NCBI GenBank assembly: GCA_902591925.1
Contig: CACJCN010000006.1
Span: 9,919-73,918, forward strand
DNA length: 64,000 nucleotides
Direction of reading: 5' to 3'
DNA from: an uncultured SAR86 cluster bacterium
GTDB lineage: Bacteria > Pseudomonadota > Gammaproteobacteria > Magnimaribacterales > D2472
This document shows positions 27,122-37,356 of the stretch, in pieces. The position numbers were made by a program, and so were the translations under genes. Within the stretch, counting starts at the first letter, position 1. Each line of letters opens with the position of its first letter. Below the pieces are notes generated by a model, which saw nothing but the letters and a program-made list of their open reading frames with translations, did not search any database and was not told the DNA's origin.

Positions 27122-28414
27122 TTATTTATTTAATCTAAAATTTGATGAAAACAATAAGTATAAAACCCAAAAACTTGCTTCTAGAAGAGTTCCTGTAGCT
27201 GCTAGACTCGCTAAAAAAGGTAAAGCACCAATGAAAGTTGAAGCGCGAATAACAAATAAGAGACTGCCTAAAAAAAGAAAAAAACCAATATAACCAAGTG
27301 ATGCTAGATAATATAAAGGAATATTGTGAATAACAGCTTCTTGCAAATCTATTTGCTCATCCCTGCCAGTAATATAAGATAATTGACCTCCTGACTTATC
27401 AAAAAATATATCAACATTGCCAAGTGAGCTTCCGTAGATAGGAGACCTTTCAATAACATAAGATGCTGTATCTAATGAACCATATAATCTCTTAACACTT
27501 GATCTATCAGTTCCCCCTATTACCTCTGAAGTTCTATTCAATATTAGCTGATTGAATATTTTTGAAGGTGCGACTGGTGATAGTTCTGCCAATATTAAAA
27601 AAATCATTATTGAAAAAACGCCAATTCTTATATTTTTTAATGTTAAAAAAAATTTTCTATCTTTTATAAAAATACAAACTATTAAAAGAAAGATTAAGAA
27701 ATATGCTGTTAATGATACTGTTAAAAATAATGTAAAAATAACAAAAGAAATTTTATAAAGTGATTCTTTAAACAACTTCTCATCTTTCAAATAAATAAAA
27801 GTTAGCATTAATACTTGAGATATTGCATATAATGATGGTTCACCAAATTGTCCTCTTAATTTCACTAACATTATATTTCCAATAGTCCATCTATCTAAAT
27901 CCTCACCAATTGAAAGAGGACCATCATGCCCTAGCCAAAAAAAGTTATATGGAATTTGTATTCCAGTAATATCTTTTAATAATTGGGAAAATAAGATGTA
28001 AACGCCAATAATAGAGTTAATAAATACAACATTTAACATTATTTTTGATATTATTTTTATATCAATTTTTTTAAGAAAAATTGATATGATTGATACGCTT
28101 AAAAAATAAAACGAATATTTAAAAAAGGATTTGAAAAATTCGTCTGAAGCAAAAAATATGGAATATTGGTATGCAAAGAATGCAGTTATGAGTATCCACA
28201 AATAAATAAAAAATCCATAAAATACCCATGTTGGAATTATAAAAAAATCTTTTGATCTTAAAAAAAGAAATGCCAATGACACAGATGTCAATAATGTAAT
28301 ATCGCTTAGTGCAATCCCAGGAGCAATTAAGCCTTTAGTCAGAGAAGGAGTAAAAAATAAAAGGTATAAAATAATTTTTAAATATTTTATATTTTTTAAT
28401 TCATCAGTAGACAT
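27122..28414 (-). CDS. O-antigen polymerase/ligase-family membrane protein (Wzy or WaaL-like)
   Basis: About ten hydrophobic segments, GQFGEPS loop, large loop ending DRSSVKR...IHNIPLYYLASLGYIG. Confidence 0.7.
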   Translation of the reverse strand: MSTDELKNIKYLKIILYLLFFTPSLTKGLIAPGIALSDITLLTSVSLAFLFLRSKDFFIIPTWVFYGFFIYLWILITAFFAYQYSIFFASDEFFKSFFKYSFYFLSVSIISIFLKKIDIKIISKIMLNVVFINSIIGVYILFSQLLKDITGIQIPYNFFWLGHDGPLSIGEDLDRWTIGNIMLVKLRGQFGEPSLYAISQVLMLTFIYLKDEKLFKESLYKISFVIFTLFLTVSLTAYFLIFLLIVCIFIKDRKFFLTLKNIRIGVFSIMIFLILAELSPVAPSKIFNQLILNRTSEVIGGTDRSSVKRLYGSLDTASYVIERSPIYGSSLGNVDIFFDKSGGQLSYITGRDEQIDLQEAVIHNIPLYYLASLGYIGFFLFLGSLLFVIRASTFIGALPFLASLAATGTLLEASFWVLYLLFSSNFRLNK

Positions 28415-28432
28415 GACAATTAAATAAGCAAC

Positions 28433-29269
28433 TCAATTATATTTTTCATAAACATCTTTCCAGTTAATGGTAGGCGATATTCCATCTTTATCTAAGTGAG
28501 TTCCTAAACTTGGTAACGGCGCCCATAGTTTATATTTTTTTCCAAAAAGTATTTGTCTCCAACAAAACAACCAAGATTTGATAATCCTTATTAAATCTCT
28601 ATCCTGAGATTTAAGGAATCTATAAAGGGAAGATAACTGCAAAATATTCTTTTTAGTTAGGCTCATCCATAAACTTGAATCAAAATTATTATTTTTTGAT
28701 AAGGTCTCAAAAATCCATCTATTTTTCTTAAGTAATGTTTTTGAGGTCATAAAGGATCCAGTTGTACAAGATACTGTTCTCCAGATTGTTTTTGAATGAA
28801 ATCTAATAACACTTTGATAACTGTGAAGTTGTTTTTTGTAGTAATCCAAGTTGTCATATATCGTTATAAAATCAACATCATTTGATGAATTGAAGTACTT
28901 ATATGCTTCTTCAAGAGCGTTGGGTAAAAATAAATAATCATCTTCAGCCAAGTAAACCGTTTCTGCAATATTTTGATTAATTAAAATTTCGATTTGTTTT
29001 TCATATGTACCATAATTACCTACGCCGTTTAAATGAAGGAACTCAACATCATAATTAAATAGAATTTCTTTAAATAGGTTTTCATAAATATCTGGGCAAT
29101 TGTCTAAAATGATCCAAAATTTAACATTTAGTTTTCCTAAAGCATCTTTTAAAGATTTAACAGCTACTTTTGATAATTCAAATTTATCTTCTGGGTGGAT
29201 TAGAGGAATTTTTGAAACTCCAGGATAAATCCTGTATACAATTACAAGATCTTTTTTATTAGTCATCAT
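28433..29269 (-). CDS. GT-A fold glycosyltransferase-like protein
   Basis: ILDNC, VYLAEDDYLF, TTGSF motifs; start likely MMTNKK (29269 or 29266). Confidence 0.65.
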   Translation of the reverse strand: MMTNKKDLVIVYRIYPGVSKIPLIHPEDKFELSKVAVKSLKDALGKLNVKFWIILDNCPDIYENLFKEILFNYDVEFLHLNGVGNYGTYEKQIEILINQNIAETVYLAEDDYLFLPNALEEAYKYFNSSNDVDFITIYDNLDYYKKQLHSYQSVIRFHSKTIWRTVSCTTGSFMTSKTLLKKNRWIFETLSKNNNFDSSLWMSLTKKNILQLSSLYRFLKSQDRDLIRIIKSWLFCWRQILFGKKYKLWAPLPSLGTHLDKDGISPTINWKDVYEKYN

Positions 29270-31001
29270 AATATTTATTAGATTCACCCAAAAGCAAGTT
29301 TGTTACAATATCAAGTCCCTTATTCTTTCCTTTTTTTAAATCATCTAAATTATTTATATTGAGGTATGCATCTCTAGAAGTATTTTTCCCACTTACAGCA
29401 GTAGAGACATAAGGAAAGTCAAACACTTTTCTAAAATTAAAGTGATATGCATACTTTTTTGCACGTTCAACTTGTTGAGGAGTATTAGCTTTTACTAAAG
29501 AAGGTTCTTTTAGAATTTTAAAATAATGGTCTTTTGAATCGGGTTCTTTTGAAAATCCTTTATTTCTTGAGAAAGCCTCTCCAACAATTAGCAAAGGATT
29601 GGCTCTTAAAGCTATTTCAAGAGAAATATTTGATCCATAAACAACAGATAAATCTGAAATATCAGATAATATGTATGAGCTTATGTCACTATCGGGCTCA
29701 ATGATTTTGATATTTGATGGGATATTATCAAACATTTTTTTTATTTCTTCTGCAATTGGCTGATCTGTAGTAAAGCCTCCTTTAGACTCAGCAGGATGAA
29801 TTCTTACTGCAAGTTGTAAGTTATTTTCAATACTGAATTTTATAGTTTGATTTAACCAATCCAAAAGATCATTAAATATTGATGAAGGATAGAATATTTG
29901 GGCATCCCATAGAACATTTGTAAAAAGTGAAATCAGAGGTTTGGATTGATCGATATCTAATTTATCAATAATTTTTTGTTTATCAAGAATTGGATTTGGG
30001 TGATAATTAACATTATCTCTTCCTCCAGCAAGTTTTGATTGCATATATTTTTCAATTTTGATCTTTTTCTCATCTGTTAGAATTAAATTTTCCCAAATTT
30101 CATCGCTCTCTGTCAGATATGTTCTGTGATAAGTGTCATTGACTGATAATATAATAGTTTTTTGCCTATATGGCGTTCCCCAGATATAAATCGGTATTCC
30201 CTCTTTTCTAGCAAAGTCTGTAAGAATACCGTGTTCTAAATAAATTCCATGAACTGCGAAAATGCTACTAGGCTTAAAGTCTTTAAGCGATCTTTCAAGA
30301 AGGTCTATGTATTTAATTGATGATAATAAATATCTGTAATAAATTGCTTTATGGTAATGATTTGATTCTTCGAGACTGCCTCTAGCCAAAACTCGAAGTG
30401 CTGTAGATTTGGAATGTTCAGATATATTAATATTTTTATAGTAAATATCCTCTGAAAAAGATGTATTTTGTTGTTTTAAAAATGATTCAGCGTCTATTAT
30501 GTCTGAGTGTCTCTCAAAATGTTCTAGTTTAAGTTGATCAAGGCTTAGCTTAGTACAGAGCGCATTAATATTTTCATCACTTAACTTACACAAATCTAAT
30601 TCATTATATGCAAACTTTTTAAATTTATTTTCAAAAAAATATGGGTTATTATTTCCTGCAGGATCATGTGCGTATGCAGGCAAAGCAAAGCTGCATGACA
30701 TTATCCTGACATCAGCGCCCCTCATTTGTAGGGCTTTAGCTATTAAAGTTTCAGTAGCCAAAGGAGCCTCATAAAAACCGGTTACAGGGGCAATCAGAAT
30801 CTTTTTGTTAATAGCTTTATTTGGAATACATTCTGCACTGTTAATAAGCACTCTATCCCATTGATATAAAATAGGAAGGTGCAAAAAATACTTTAAAGGG
30901 CTCCCAATAAATCTTGAGAACCCAATTTTTTTTATTCTAGATAAAGTCTTTTTTATAACTGATTTTAAGAACCAATATAATTTCGGAATGATATCTTTCA
31001 T
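29259..31001 (-). CDS. Capsule-synthesis (KpsS/KpsC-like) GT-B protein
   Basis: HGIY.E.GIL, VRIHPAE, GSNISLE motifs in the C-terminal half; start likely MKDII (31001). Confidence 0.6.
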   Translation of the reverse strand: MKDIIPKLYWFLKSVIKKTLSRIKKIGFSRFIGSPLKYFLHLPILYQWDRVLINSAECIPNKAINKKILIAPVTGFYEAPLATETLIAKALQMRGADVRIMSCSFALPAYAHDPAGNNNPYFFENKFKKFAYNELDLCKLSDENINALCTKLSLDQLKLEHFERHSDIIDAESFLKQQNTSFSEDIYYKNINISEHSKSTALRVLARGSLEESNHYHKAIYYRYLLSSIKYIDLLERSLKDFKPSSIFAVHGIYLEHGILTDFARKEGIPIYIWGTPYRQKTIILSVNDTYHRTYLTESDEIWENLILTDEKKIKIEKYMQSKLAGGRDNVNYHPNPILDKQKIIDKLDIDQSKPLISLFTNVLWDAQIFYPSSIFNDLLDWLNQTIKFSIENNLQLAVRIHPAESKGGFTTDQPIAEEIKKMFDNIPSNIKIIEPDSDISSYILSDISDLSVVYGSNISLEIALRANPLLIVGEAFSRNKGFSKEPDSKDHYFKILKEPSLVKANTPQQVERAKKYAYHFNFRKVFDFPYVSTAVSGKNTSRDAYLNINNLDDLKKGKNKGLDIVTNLLLGESNKYYDD

Positions 31002-31008
31002 GAGAGTT

Positions 31009-32319
31009 CTAGGAGAATATTTTTTTGAGCTCCACAAGGTAATGCTTAATTTTTTTTAAATCACTTAATTTAATTATTGAGATATCTGCTAGCTTTTTAT
31101 TGGAGGTGTTAATGAATTTATACATATATGTAAACCAAACTAGTATTCTTGATATCAAAATTATAACAGGCATACCTAATATTCCTAATGATTTTATGGC
31201 CGGCACACATAAAATAAAAATTAAACATGAACCAAGAAAATTAACGAATGTAACAAAGCCTGGTCTATTTATTGACAAGAAGAAAGATTCAAATGAAGTT
31301 ATTGATGAAACAAAAATTGCCGAAGACATTAATACAATTGTAGGTGCAATTGCTTCACTAAAATCTTGTCCAAAGATTAAGGGGATAAAAAATATTGATA
31401 GTGTAGATAATAATAGAAATAAACATGAAACAATTGCCATCATCACTCTTGACGATTTTGCAGTCAGTTCAGCAGCTGACTCAAAATCTTTTCCTGAGAT
31501 TTCACCAAATAAATATGTACTAATTGATCTTGGAAGAGAATTAAGCCCATTGAAGGCTGTCAACGCAACAGAGTATATTCCTAAAGATCTCAATCCCAAT
31601 ATTCCTACCAAGAAAATATTTGGTAAGTTATTTATGAATATGGGGAAGATTGAAGATGGATATCTTTTTAGTGAATACCAATATAATTGCCTTATTCTAT
31701 GAAACTTAATACTAGATATGCTAGAAAATAAAATTTCTCTAAAAAAAAATATCCCAATCGAAGAGGATATAACATTTGATATTAAAAGAGATAGAGTTGC
31801 CGAGAAGCTATTTAAGCTTTCTTCCAAAGAAAATATAATTACTAATAAAAAATACGATATTACATTAGTTAAAATAATAATAGAATACTCTTTTGCCATG
31901 CCCTTTCCTAAAAACATGGTATGGAGAAACGTTAAAATAACAGTTATAAATATTAAGCAAATTATTGTAACTAAATAATAATTTGAGATCTTACTTATAT
32001 TTAATACTTGGAAGAGGTATTCATTAAAAAAAATACTAAATATAGACAAGATAGATATGAAACTTAATAAATTAAATATATTTATTAGAGCTATTTGGTT
32101 AAATTTTAAAAAATTTTTTTTATAAAAAAATAGTGAGCCAGTTGGTAAGGATAATGAGGTTAATGCAGCAGCCATTGTTGCAATTGTTACCATAAGTACA
32201 TATAGACCTCTATCTTCTGGTCCTAGGAGTCTGATAACTATAATGTTTGTAACTATCCCAATCGGAATTTGCAATGAATTAGCTAAGAAAACTTTAAAAA
32301 ATTTATCTAATAGTTTCAT
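31009..32319 (-). CDS. wzx: Oligosaccharide flippase (Wzx, MOP family)
   Basis: About 12 TM segments; RLLGPEDRG.Y and LGIYSVA motifs; located in the glycan cluster. Confidence 0.85.
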   Translation of the reverse strand: MKLLDKFFKVFLANSLQIPIGIVTNIIVIRLLGPEDRGLYVLMVTIATMAAALTSLSLPTGSLFFYKKNFLKFNQIALINIFNLLSFISILSIFSIFFNEYLFQVLNISKISNYYLVTIICLIFITVILTFLHTMFLGKGMAKEYSIIILTNVISYFLLVIIFSLEESLNSFSATLSLLISNVISSSIGIFFFREILFSSISSIKFHRIRQLYWYSLKRYPSSIFPIFINNLPNIFLVGILGLRSLGIYSVALTAFNGLNSLPRSISTYLFGEISGKDFESAAELTAKSSRVMMAIVSCLFLLLSTLSIFFIPLIFGQDFSEAIAPTIVLMSSAIFVSSITSFESFFLSINRPGFVTFVNFLGSCLIFILCVPAIKSLGILGMPVIILISRILVWFTYMYKFINTSNKKLADISIIKLSDLKKIKHYLVELKKIFS

Positions 32320-32339
32320 ATTTTATTATTTTTATCTTT

Positions 32340-32858
32340 TTATTTGATTTGATCCCACTTTGATGCTATTTCATTTAAACCTTTAAAAATTTCATATGGT
32401 TCATCATTATTTAAATGCGAATTAATTAAGAAACACTTCTTGAGCTTGCTTTTTTTAGAAGCCTGCATATCTGAATGCTTATCTCCAACAAAATATGACA
32501 ATTTTCTATTGATTTTATATTCCTTAATAGCCTTTTCTATTAAATAATTTTTTGGTTTTCTGCACTTACAATTATCATTTGGATGATGAGGACAGTAATA
32601 TACGCCATTAATATTAATAGAATCATTTTTCAAAATTCTTAACATATGTGAATTGATTTCTTGAAATTCTTGTTCAGTAAAATATCCTCTACCAATGCCA
32701 GATTGATTAGTTACAATAATAAGCAAATATTTTTTAAGTTGAAAAAACTTTAGTGCGTCAACAACTCCTTCAATTAATCTAAAATCTGAAATTTTATAGA
32801 CATAACCATGATCATAATTTATGACTCCATCTCTATCCAAAAATATTGCTTTATTCAT
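32340..32858 (-). CDS. gmhB: D,D-heptose 1,7-bisphosphate phosphatase
   Basis: FLDRDGVIN, TNQSGIGRG, CPHHP..CKCRKP, VGDKHSD. Confidence 0.92.
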   Translation of the reverse strand: MNKAIFLDRDGVINYDHGYVYKISDFRLIEGVVDALKFFQLKKYLLIIVTNQSGIGRGYFTEQEFQEINSHMLRILKNDSININGVYYCPHHPNDNCKCRKPKNYLIEKAIKEYKINRKLSYFVGDKHSDMQASKKSKLKKCFLINSHLNNDEPYEIFKGLNEIASKWDQIK

Positions 32859-33278
32859 TTAGCTATCAATAGTTTCATTAATTATTCTAGTTGAAGATTG
32901 ATTAGGGATAAGATCAACCAGAACTACTCTGCCTCCATACGAATTTACAAAATCATTGCCAATCACCTTGTCGATTGGATAATCTGATCCTTTTACAAGA
33001 ACATCTGGTTTAATTTTTATAATTAAATTAAGTGGGTCGGTTTCTTCAAAAATGATAACCTCATCAACAAATTTTATAGCCTTGAGAACTGTCAATCTAT
33101 TTTCTTGAGAATTTATAGGCCTATCAGGACCCTTAATTTTTTTTACAGAAGTGTCTGAGTTAAGTCCAACAATTAGCTTATCCCCCATTTTTTTTGCTTG
33201 TTTTAAAAGATGTATATGACCTGAATGAATAATGTCAAAACATCCATTAGTGAAAACAATTTTTTCTGTTTTTTTCAA
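32859..33278 (-). CDS. rfaE2: D-glycero-beta-D-manno-heptose 1-phosphate adenylyltransferase (stand-alone HldE domain II)
   Basis: VFTNGCFDIIHSGH, GLNSD.SV..IKG..RPIN, LVKGSDY. Confidence 0.92.
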   Translation of the reverse strand: MKKTEKIVFTNGCFDIIHSGHIHLLKQAKKMGDKLIVGLNSDTSVKKIKGPDRPINSQENRLTVLKAIKFVDEVIIFEETDPLNLIIKIKPDVLVKGSDYPIDKVIGNDFVNSYGGRVVLVDLIPNQSSTRIINETIDS

Positions 33279-33284
33279 AATATT

Positions 33285-34208
33285 TTAAGGTTTGATTTCA
33301 TCTTGGCAAACAGTAGAAGTTCCAAATTTTGAAACTACTATTGATGCGCACTTATTGGCAAAATTCATTGAATCTTCATAACTCATTCCGATCGCTAAAC
33401 AAGCAGAAAAGGCTGCAACTACTGTGTCTCCAGCACCAGTTACATCATAAACTTCTTTTGAAGTTGTAGCTTCATGAAACATTTCTTTATTTTTATATAA
33501 AGTCATTCCCTCACTACCCCTAGTAATTAATAATGCGTCCAAATTTATATCATCTACTAACTTAAATGCTTTTTTATTAAAATCATCTTGATCTTTAAAT
33601 TCTCCAGTCATTTTTTTAAATTCCAGAACATTTGGAGTTAATACAGATGCTCCAAAATATGAAGACAAATCGTATTTTTTGGGATCAACAATAACTTTTT
33701 TGTTAGCTTTTTTTATGATTTTTATCAAAGCTTGTGGATCATAGATGAATCCTTTGGCGTAATCTGATACAACAATGATATCTGCTTGAGTGATTAAATG
33801 TTTATAAGAATCATACTTTCCTGGGTTATGAACTTCTGGTTTTGACTCAAAATCTACTCTCATTAATTGTTGAGAGTTTGAAATTAATCTTAATTTTTTT
33901 GTTGAAATTGCTTTATTTACTTTATTGAAAATTGATTTGATATTAGCTTCATCTAATAAATTTTCTATCACTATAGAATCTTGATCGTCCCCGACAGAAG
34001 AAACAAGAGTTACTTGCGCTCCTAAAGATTTTAAATTGATTGCAACATTTGCGGCACCACCTAGACGGAACTCTTTAGATTCCATATTTATTACTGGAAC
34101 TGGTGCTTCGGGTGAAATTCTATGACTTTCACCATGCCAATATTCATCTAACATCACATCACCAAATACAAGCACTTTTGCCAAAGAGAAGTCCAGTTTA
34201 TTAGTCAT
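33285..34208 (-). CDS. rfaE1: D-glycero-beta-D-manno-heptose 7-phosphate kinase (stand-alone HldE domain I)
   Basis: GDVMLDEY, RISPEAPVPV, GGAANVA, SDYAKG, DVTGAGDTV. Confidence 0.93.
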   Translation of the reverse strand: MTNKLDFSLAKVLVFGDVMLDEYWHGESHRISPEAPVPVINMESKEFRLGGAANVAINLKSLGAQVTLVSSVGDDQDSIVIENLLDEANIKSIFNKVNKAISTKKLRLISNSQQLMRVDFESKPEVHNPGKYDSYKHLITQADIIVVSDYAKGFIYDPQALIKIIKKANKKVIVDPKKYDLSSYFGASVLTPNVLEFKKMTGEFKDQDDFNKKAFKLVDDINLDALLITRGSEGMTLYKNKEMFHEATTSKEVYDVTGAGDTVVAAFSACLAIGMSYEDSMNFANKCASIVVSKFGTSTVCQDEIKP

Positions 34209-35112
34209 TTTTTAATGGCCTTGATATCAAATTTAAATATGGATAAAAGTATTGTTTCGGGATTCCAAAATTAATAAATACATTTGGAAAAAGACTGATA
34301 CCAAAGAAAAAATTTTTTCCAAAAAAATTAAAATTTTTACCTATTCTATGAACTGGAGGACATTTTTCTAAACTTGGATAAATGTACTCATCGGGAAGAT
34401 AGTCCAGTTGGAAGTTATGCTTATTGAAAACTTTTTTTATACCGTTTAGATATCTGTAATAGACATCCCATTCACCTGATCTGGATATGGAATATCTGTA
34501 TTTCTCACCTCTTAAATTAATATATCTTGTTGCGAGCCATCTTGGCATATGTCCCAGAAATGCAAGTCCTGTATGATCATCAATTGGTTTAATGGGATTA
34601 GGTACTAAGGTGAAAACACAGCCACGACATATTCTAAAAATTTCTGGAAGCATCCATTCTAAAACTTCATTTTCAAGATGTTCAAAGACAGAAAACGAAG
34701 TTATCAAATCAAATGAATTATCTTCAAATGGAAGAGACTTTTTATCATTATAAATAAAGGTCGATTCGTCCATATTATTTTCTTTTGCTAATATATTTGC
34801 TAGCTCAAGATGCTCAGTATGGAGATCAATGCCCCTTGCATCATGACCAAGAGCATTCATTAAAACAACAAATTCTCCAGTTCCTGTACCAATATCTAAA
34901 ATTTTTAGCTTTTCATTGTTTGTTTGTGTATTACATTCTTTTAACGATATATAATCAAGAATACTCTTCATCCAATCAGCATAACCAAGCTCGTTGGTGT
35001 AATTAAGTTTCTCATAATGTTCTTTTAGATGCGCATTCACTCTAGACTTATTAATTCCCTCTTTAGAATAATATTTATCCAAAGCTATCATAAAATTCTT
35101 ACATTCAATCAT
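34201..35112 (-). CDS. Class I SAM-dependent methyltransferase
   Basis: ILDIGTGTGE, LPFEDNSFDLI..FSVFEHL. Confidence 0.85.
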   Translation of the reverse strand: MIECKNFMIALDKYYSKEGINKSRVNAHLKEHYEKLNYTNELGYADWMKSILDYISLKECNTQTNNEKLKILDIGTGTGEFVVLMNALGHDARGIDLHTEHLELANILAKENNMDESTFIYNDKKSLPFEDNSFDLITSFSVFEHLENEVLEWMLPEIFRICRGCVFTLVPNPIKPIDDHTGLAFLGHMPRWLATRYINLRGEKYRYSISRSGEWDVYYRYLNGIKKVFNKHNFQLDYLPDEYIYPSLEKCPPVHRIGKNFNFFGKNFFFGISLFPNVFINFGIPKQYFYPYLNLISRPLKND

Positions 35113-35861
35113 TTGGACACCTCTGCTGCAACAATAAAAGTGTCATCTCTGCCAGGCATCTTATCAATGACTAAAAAAATTTTACAACTTAAATATTTAA
35201 GAAGGCTAACAATTTGATCTTGAGTCCAAACATGAAAGTGGAAGCATCCATTATCAATTATCCATTTTTTATTCCAAGTCCCATCACCATTTTTTGCATC
35301 TTTTTCCCATGGATGGTTGTATGGGTCACATGTAATTTTCAAAAACTCATCCATTAAATGAGAATATCTACCTTCTCTCTTAATATAATCGTTTTCATTG
35401 ACATCATTTTCAAAATCATAAATATGCTTATCAAGTTTTGATATCTCTCTGCCCTTATCAAAGGTTCTCTCACAATGAGGCAACATAATAAAAATTATTC
35501 CACCATTTTTAGTCACTCTAATAAATTCATTTATAGTTTTTATTGGATTGATACAATGTTCAAGGCAATGAGCTGTAACTAAAAAATCAAATTCACTATC
35601 ATTTACGGGAATATCATCAGCATCACCAGATAAATATTTGAACTGATTTTTTCTTGATTCTGTATACTTGTCTAACAAAATGGTATTTTTTGAAGAAGAG
35701 AAGGGAAAGTCTCCTGGGCCAATTTCTAGTCCGTTGCCAGTAAAGTATTTTTTATTAATATAGTGTTTGAATAATTTAAGTTTAGGATGATTATGTTCAT
35801 TCAGAACTTTAAGAATAATTTGCTTTAACTTATTAGGTAATATCTTTTTTAGAAAATTCAT
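35109..35861 (-). CDS. Class I SAM-dependent methyltransferase (Methyltransf_11-like)
   Basis: GLEIGPG, IPVNDSEFDFL..HCLEH..NP, HFHVWT. Confidence 0.8.
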   Translation of the reverse strand: MNFLKKILPNKLKQIILKVLNEHNHPKLKLFKHYINKKYFTGNGLEIGPGDFPFSSSKNTILLDKYTESRKNQFKYLSGDADDIPVNDSEFDFLVTAHCLEHCINPIKTINEFIRVTKNGGIIFIMLPHCERTFDKGREISKLDKHIYDFENDVNENDYIKREGRYSHLMDEFLKITCDPYNHPWEKDAKNGDGTWNKKWIIDNGCFHFHVWTQDQIVSLLKYLSCKIFLVIDKMPGRDDTFIVAAEVSK

Positions 35862-35867
35862 ATATTT

Positions 35868-36206
35868 TTAATTATTTGCTTCTAAAACATCCATTAATGT
35901 AATAATTGAAATTATTTTTTTTGAGGAATCTACAACAGGAACAGCATGAATCTTATTTGATAACAAAACCCGTTTGGCTTCTTCAAGGCATCTATCACTG
36001 TCTTCAACAAATGTCGGGTTAAGTTCAGCAATATCCTTGGATTGAACTTTCAAAGATGCTCCGTCAATTAAGGCTCTAATAATATCACCTTGGCTAATAC
36101 ATCCAGTTAGTTGTCCCTTCTCATTAGTTAAAAATGTTATTCTAGTATTGCTTGTGTCTATAACTTCGAGCATTTCTTTAATACTAATGTTTTCATCAAC
36201 TATCAT
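35868..36206 (-). CDS. Stand-alone CBS-pair protein
   Basis: LTGCISQGDIIRAL and HAVPVVD..KIISIIT CBS motifs; start MIVDE overlaps the neuC stop. Confidence 0.8.
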   Translation of the reverse strand: MIVDENISIKEMLEVIDTSNTRITFLTNEKGQLTGCISQGDIIRALIDGASLKVQSKDIAELNPTFVEDSDRCLEEAKRVLLSNKIHAVPVVDSSKKIISIITLMDVLEANN

Positions 36207-37356
36207 TATCTTCCTCCGAAACAAACTTATTTCTTAGATTCATATTTAATTTAGTTTTTTTCAAAATATCAATAATTCTTTTTGAACTCTTACCATCTCC
36301 ATATGGATTTTTCACAATTTTTAATTTATTTTGAAATGAATCTGACTCAATCTCTTTTAAAGCTTTTTTTAATTTTTCAAATCCAGGTTTTTCTACGTCT
36401 AACACTGATTCAGCAGCAATCCTTGCCCTTTGTCTTAAACCAAGATTAATAGTTGGTATTTTGAAACTTGGTGCCTCCAGAATGCCAGAACTACTATTAC
36501 CAATTATAAATTTACAATGCTTTAAAAGAGAAAGATATTTTTTTCTATTTAAGCTTCTGAAACCTAAATCTCTTTCAGAAATAGAAGATTCAATAGAGTT
36601 TATTATTTTTAAGCTTCCAGAATCATTATTTGGATATATCCATATTTGCTGAATTTTTTTTGCTATACATACTTTATTTATCAAATCTACATAATCTTTG
36701 CATTCATCTGGATTTTCTGAAGTTGGATGAACAATACATAAAGCGAATTCTTTTTCAATTTTAGAATTAAGATTCTTCTTAAGTTGATTTAGTGAAAAAA
36801 GCTTTTGATTTACAATATCATCTAGTTGAGGAGCTCCAACATTATGTATCCTAAATTCTTGTTCACCGAATCTTTTTAATCTGTTGCTGGCATCTTCATT
36901 GCTGGCAAAATGAATGTGGGCCAGTTTGCCTATAGCATGCCTAACCATTCCATCTTTATGTCCGGACAATTCACCTGCTTGAATATGAGCTATGGGTATA
37001 TCAGAATAATAGGCTGCATTAGCAGCAATAAATGTTTCAGCCCTATCTCCCGCAAGAAGCAAAATATCTATATCCAATTTATTTATAATATCAGGAAGTT
37101 GCATCAGAAGAAGACCAAGAGATTTTGACCAAGATATTTCATCGGGTCCGCTTATATTCATATAAATTTTTTCATCTATTTTAAAACCATCTTTCTCAAT
37201 TTCTCTATAAGTAAATCCTTTTTCTGGTAAGAGATGCATGTTAGCAATTATCGTTTTGAAGTCTACTTTATTAATTTTCATCTGTTCCATTACAGGCCTT
37301 AAATATCCCCACTCACCTCTTGAACCTGTAAATATTCCAATTCTATTCTTCATCAA
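36196..37356 (-). CDS. neuC: Hydrolysing UDP-GlcNAc 2-epimerase (NeuC/LegG-like)
   Basis: TGSRGEW, GDRAE, HIQAGELSG, RHAIGKLAHIHF, GNSSSG, NLG.RQ..R. Confidence 0.88.
   Translation of the reverse strand: MMKNRIGIFTGSRGEWGYLRPVMEQMKINKVDFKTIIANMHLLPEKGFTYREIEKDGFKIDEKIYMNISGPDEISWSKSLGLLLMQLPDIINKLDIDILLLAGDRAETFIAANAAYYSDIPIAHIQAGELSGHKDGMVRHAIGKLAHIHFASNEDASNRLKRFGEQEFRIHNVGAPQLDDIVNQKLFSLNQLKKNLNSKIEKEFALCIVHPTSENPDECKDYVDLINKVCIAKKIQQIWIYPNNDSGSLKIINSIESSISERDLGFRSLNRKKYLSLLKHCKFIIGNSSSGILEAPSFKIPTINLGLRQRARIAAESVLDVEKPGFEKLKKALKEIESDSFQNKLKIVKNPYGDGKSSKRIIDILKKTKLNMNLRNKFVSEEDNDS

Noticed and set aside
31741-31749. A9 tract in wzx and similar A/T runs as phase-variation sites
   Set aside because: Such runs are frequent in this AT-rich DNA, all frames are intact, and no long G/C tracts were seen.
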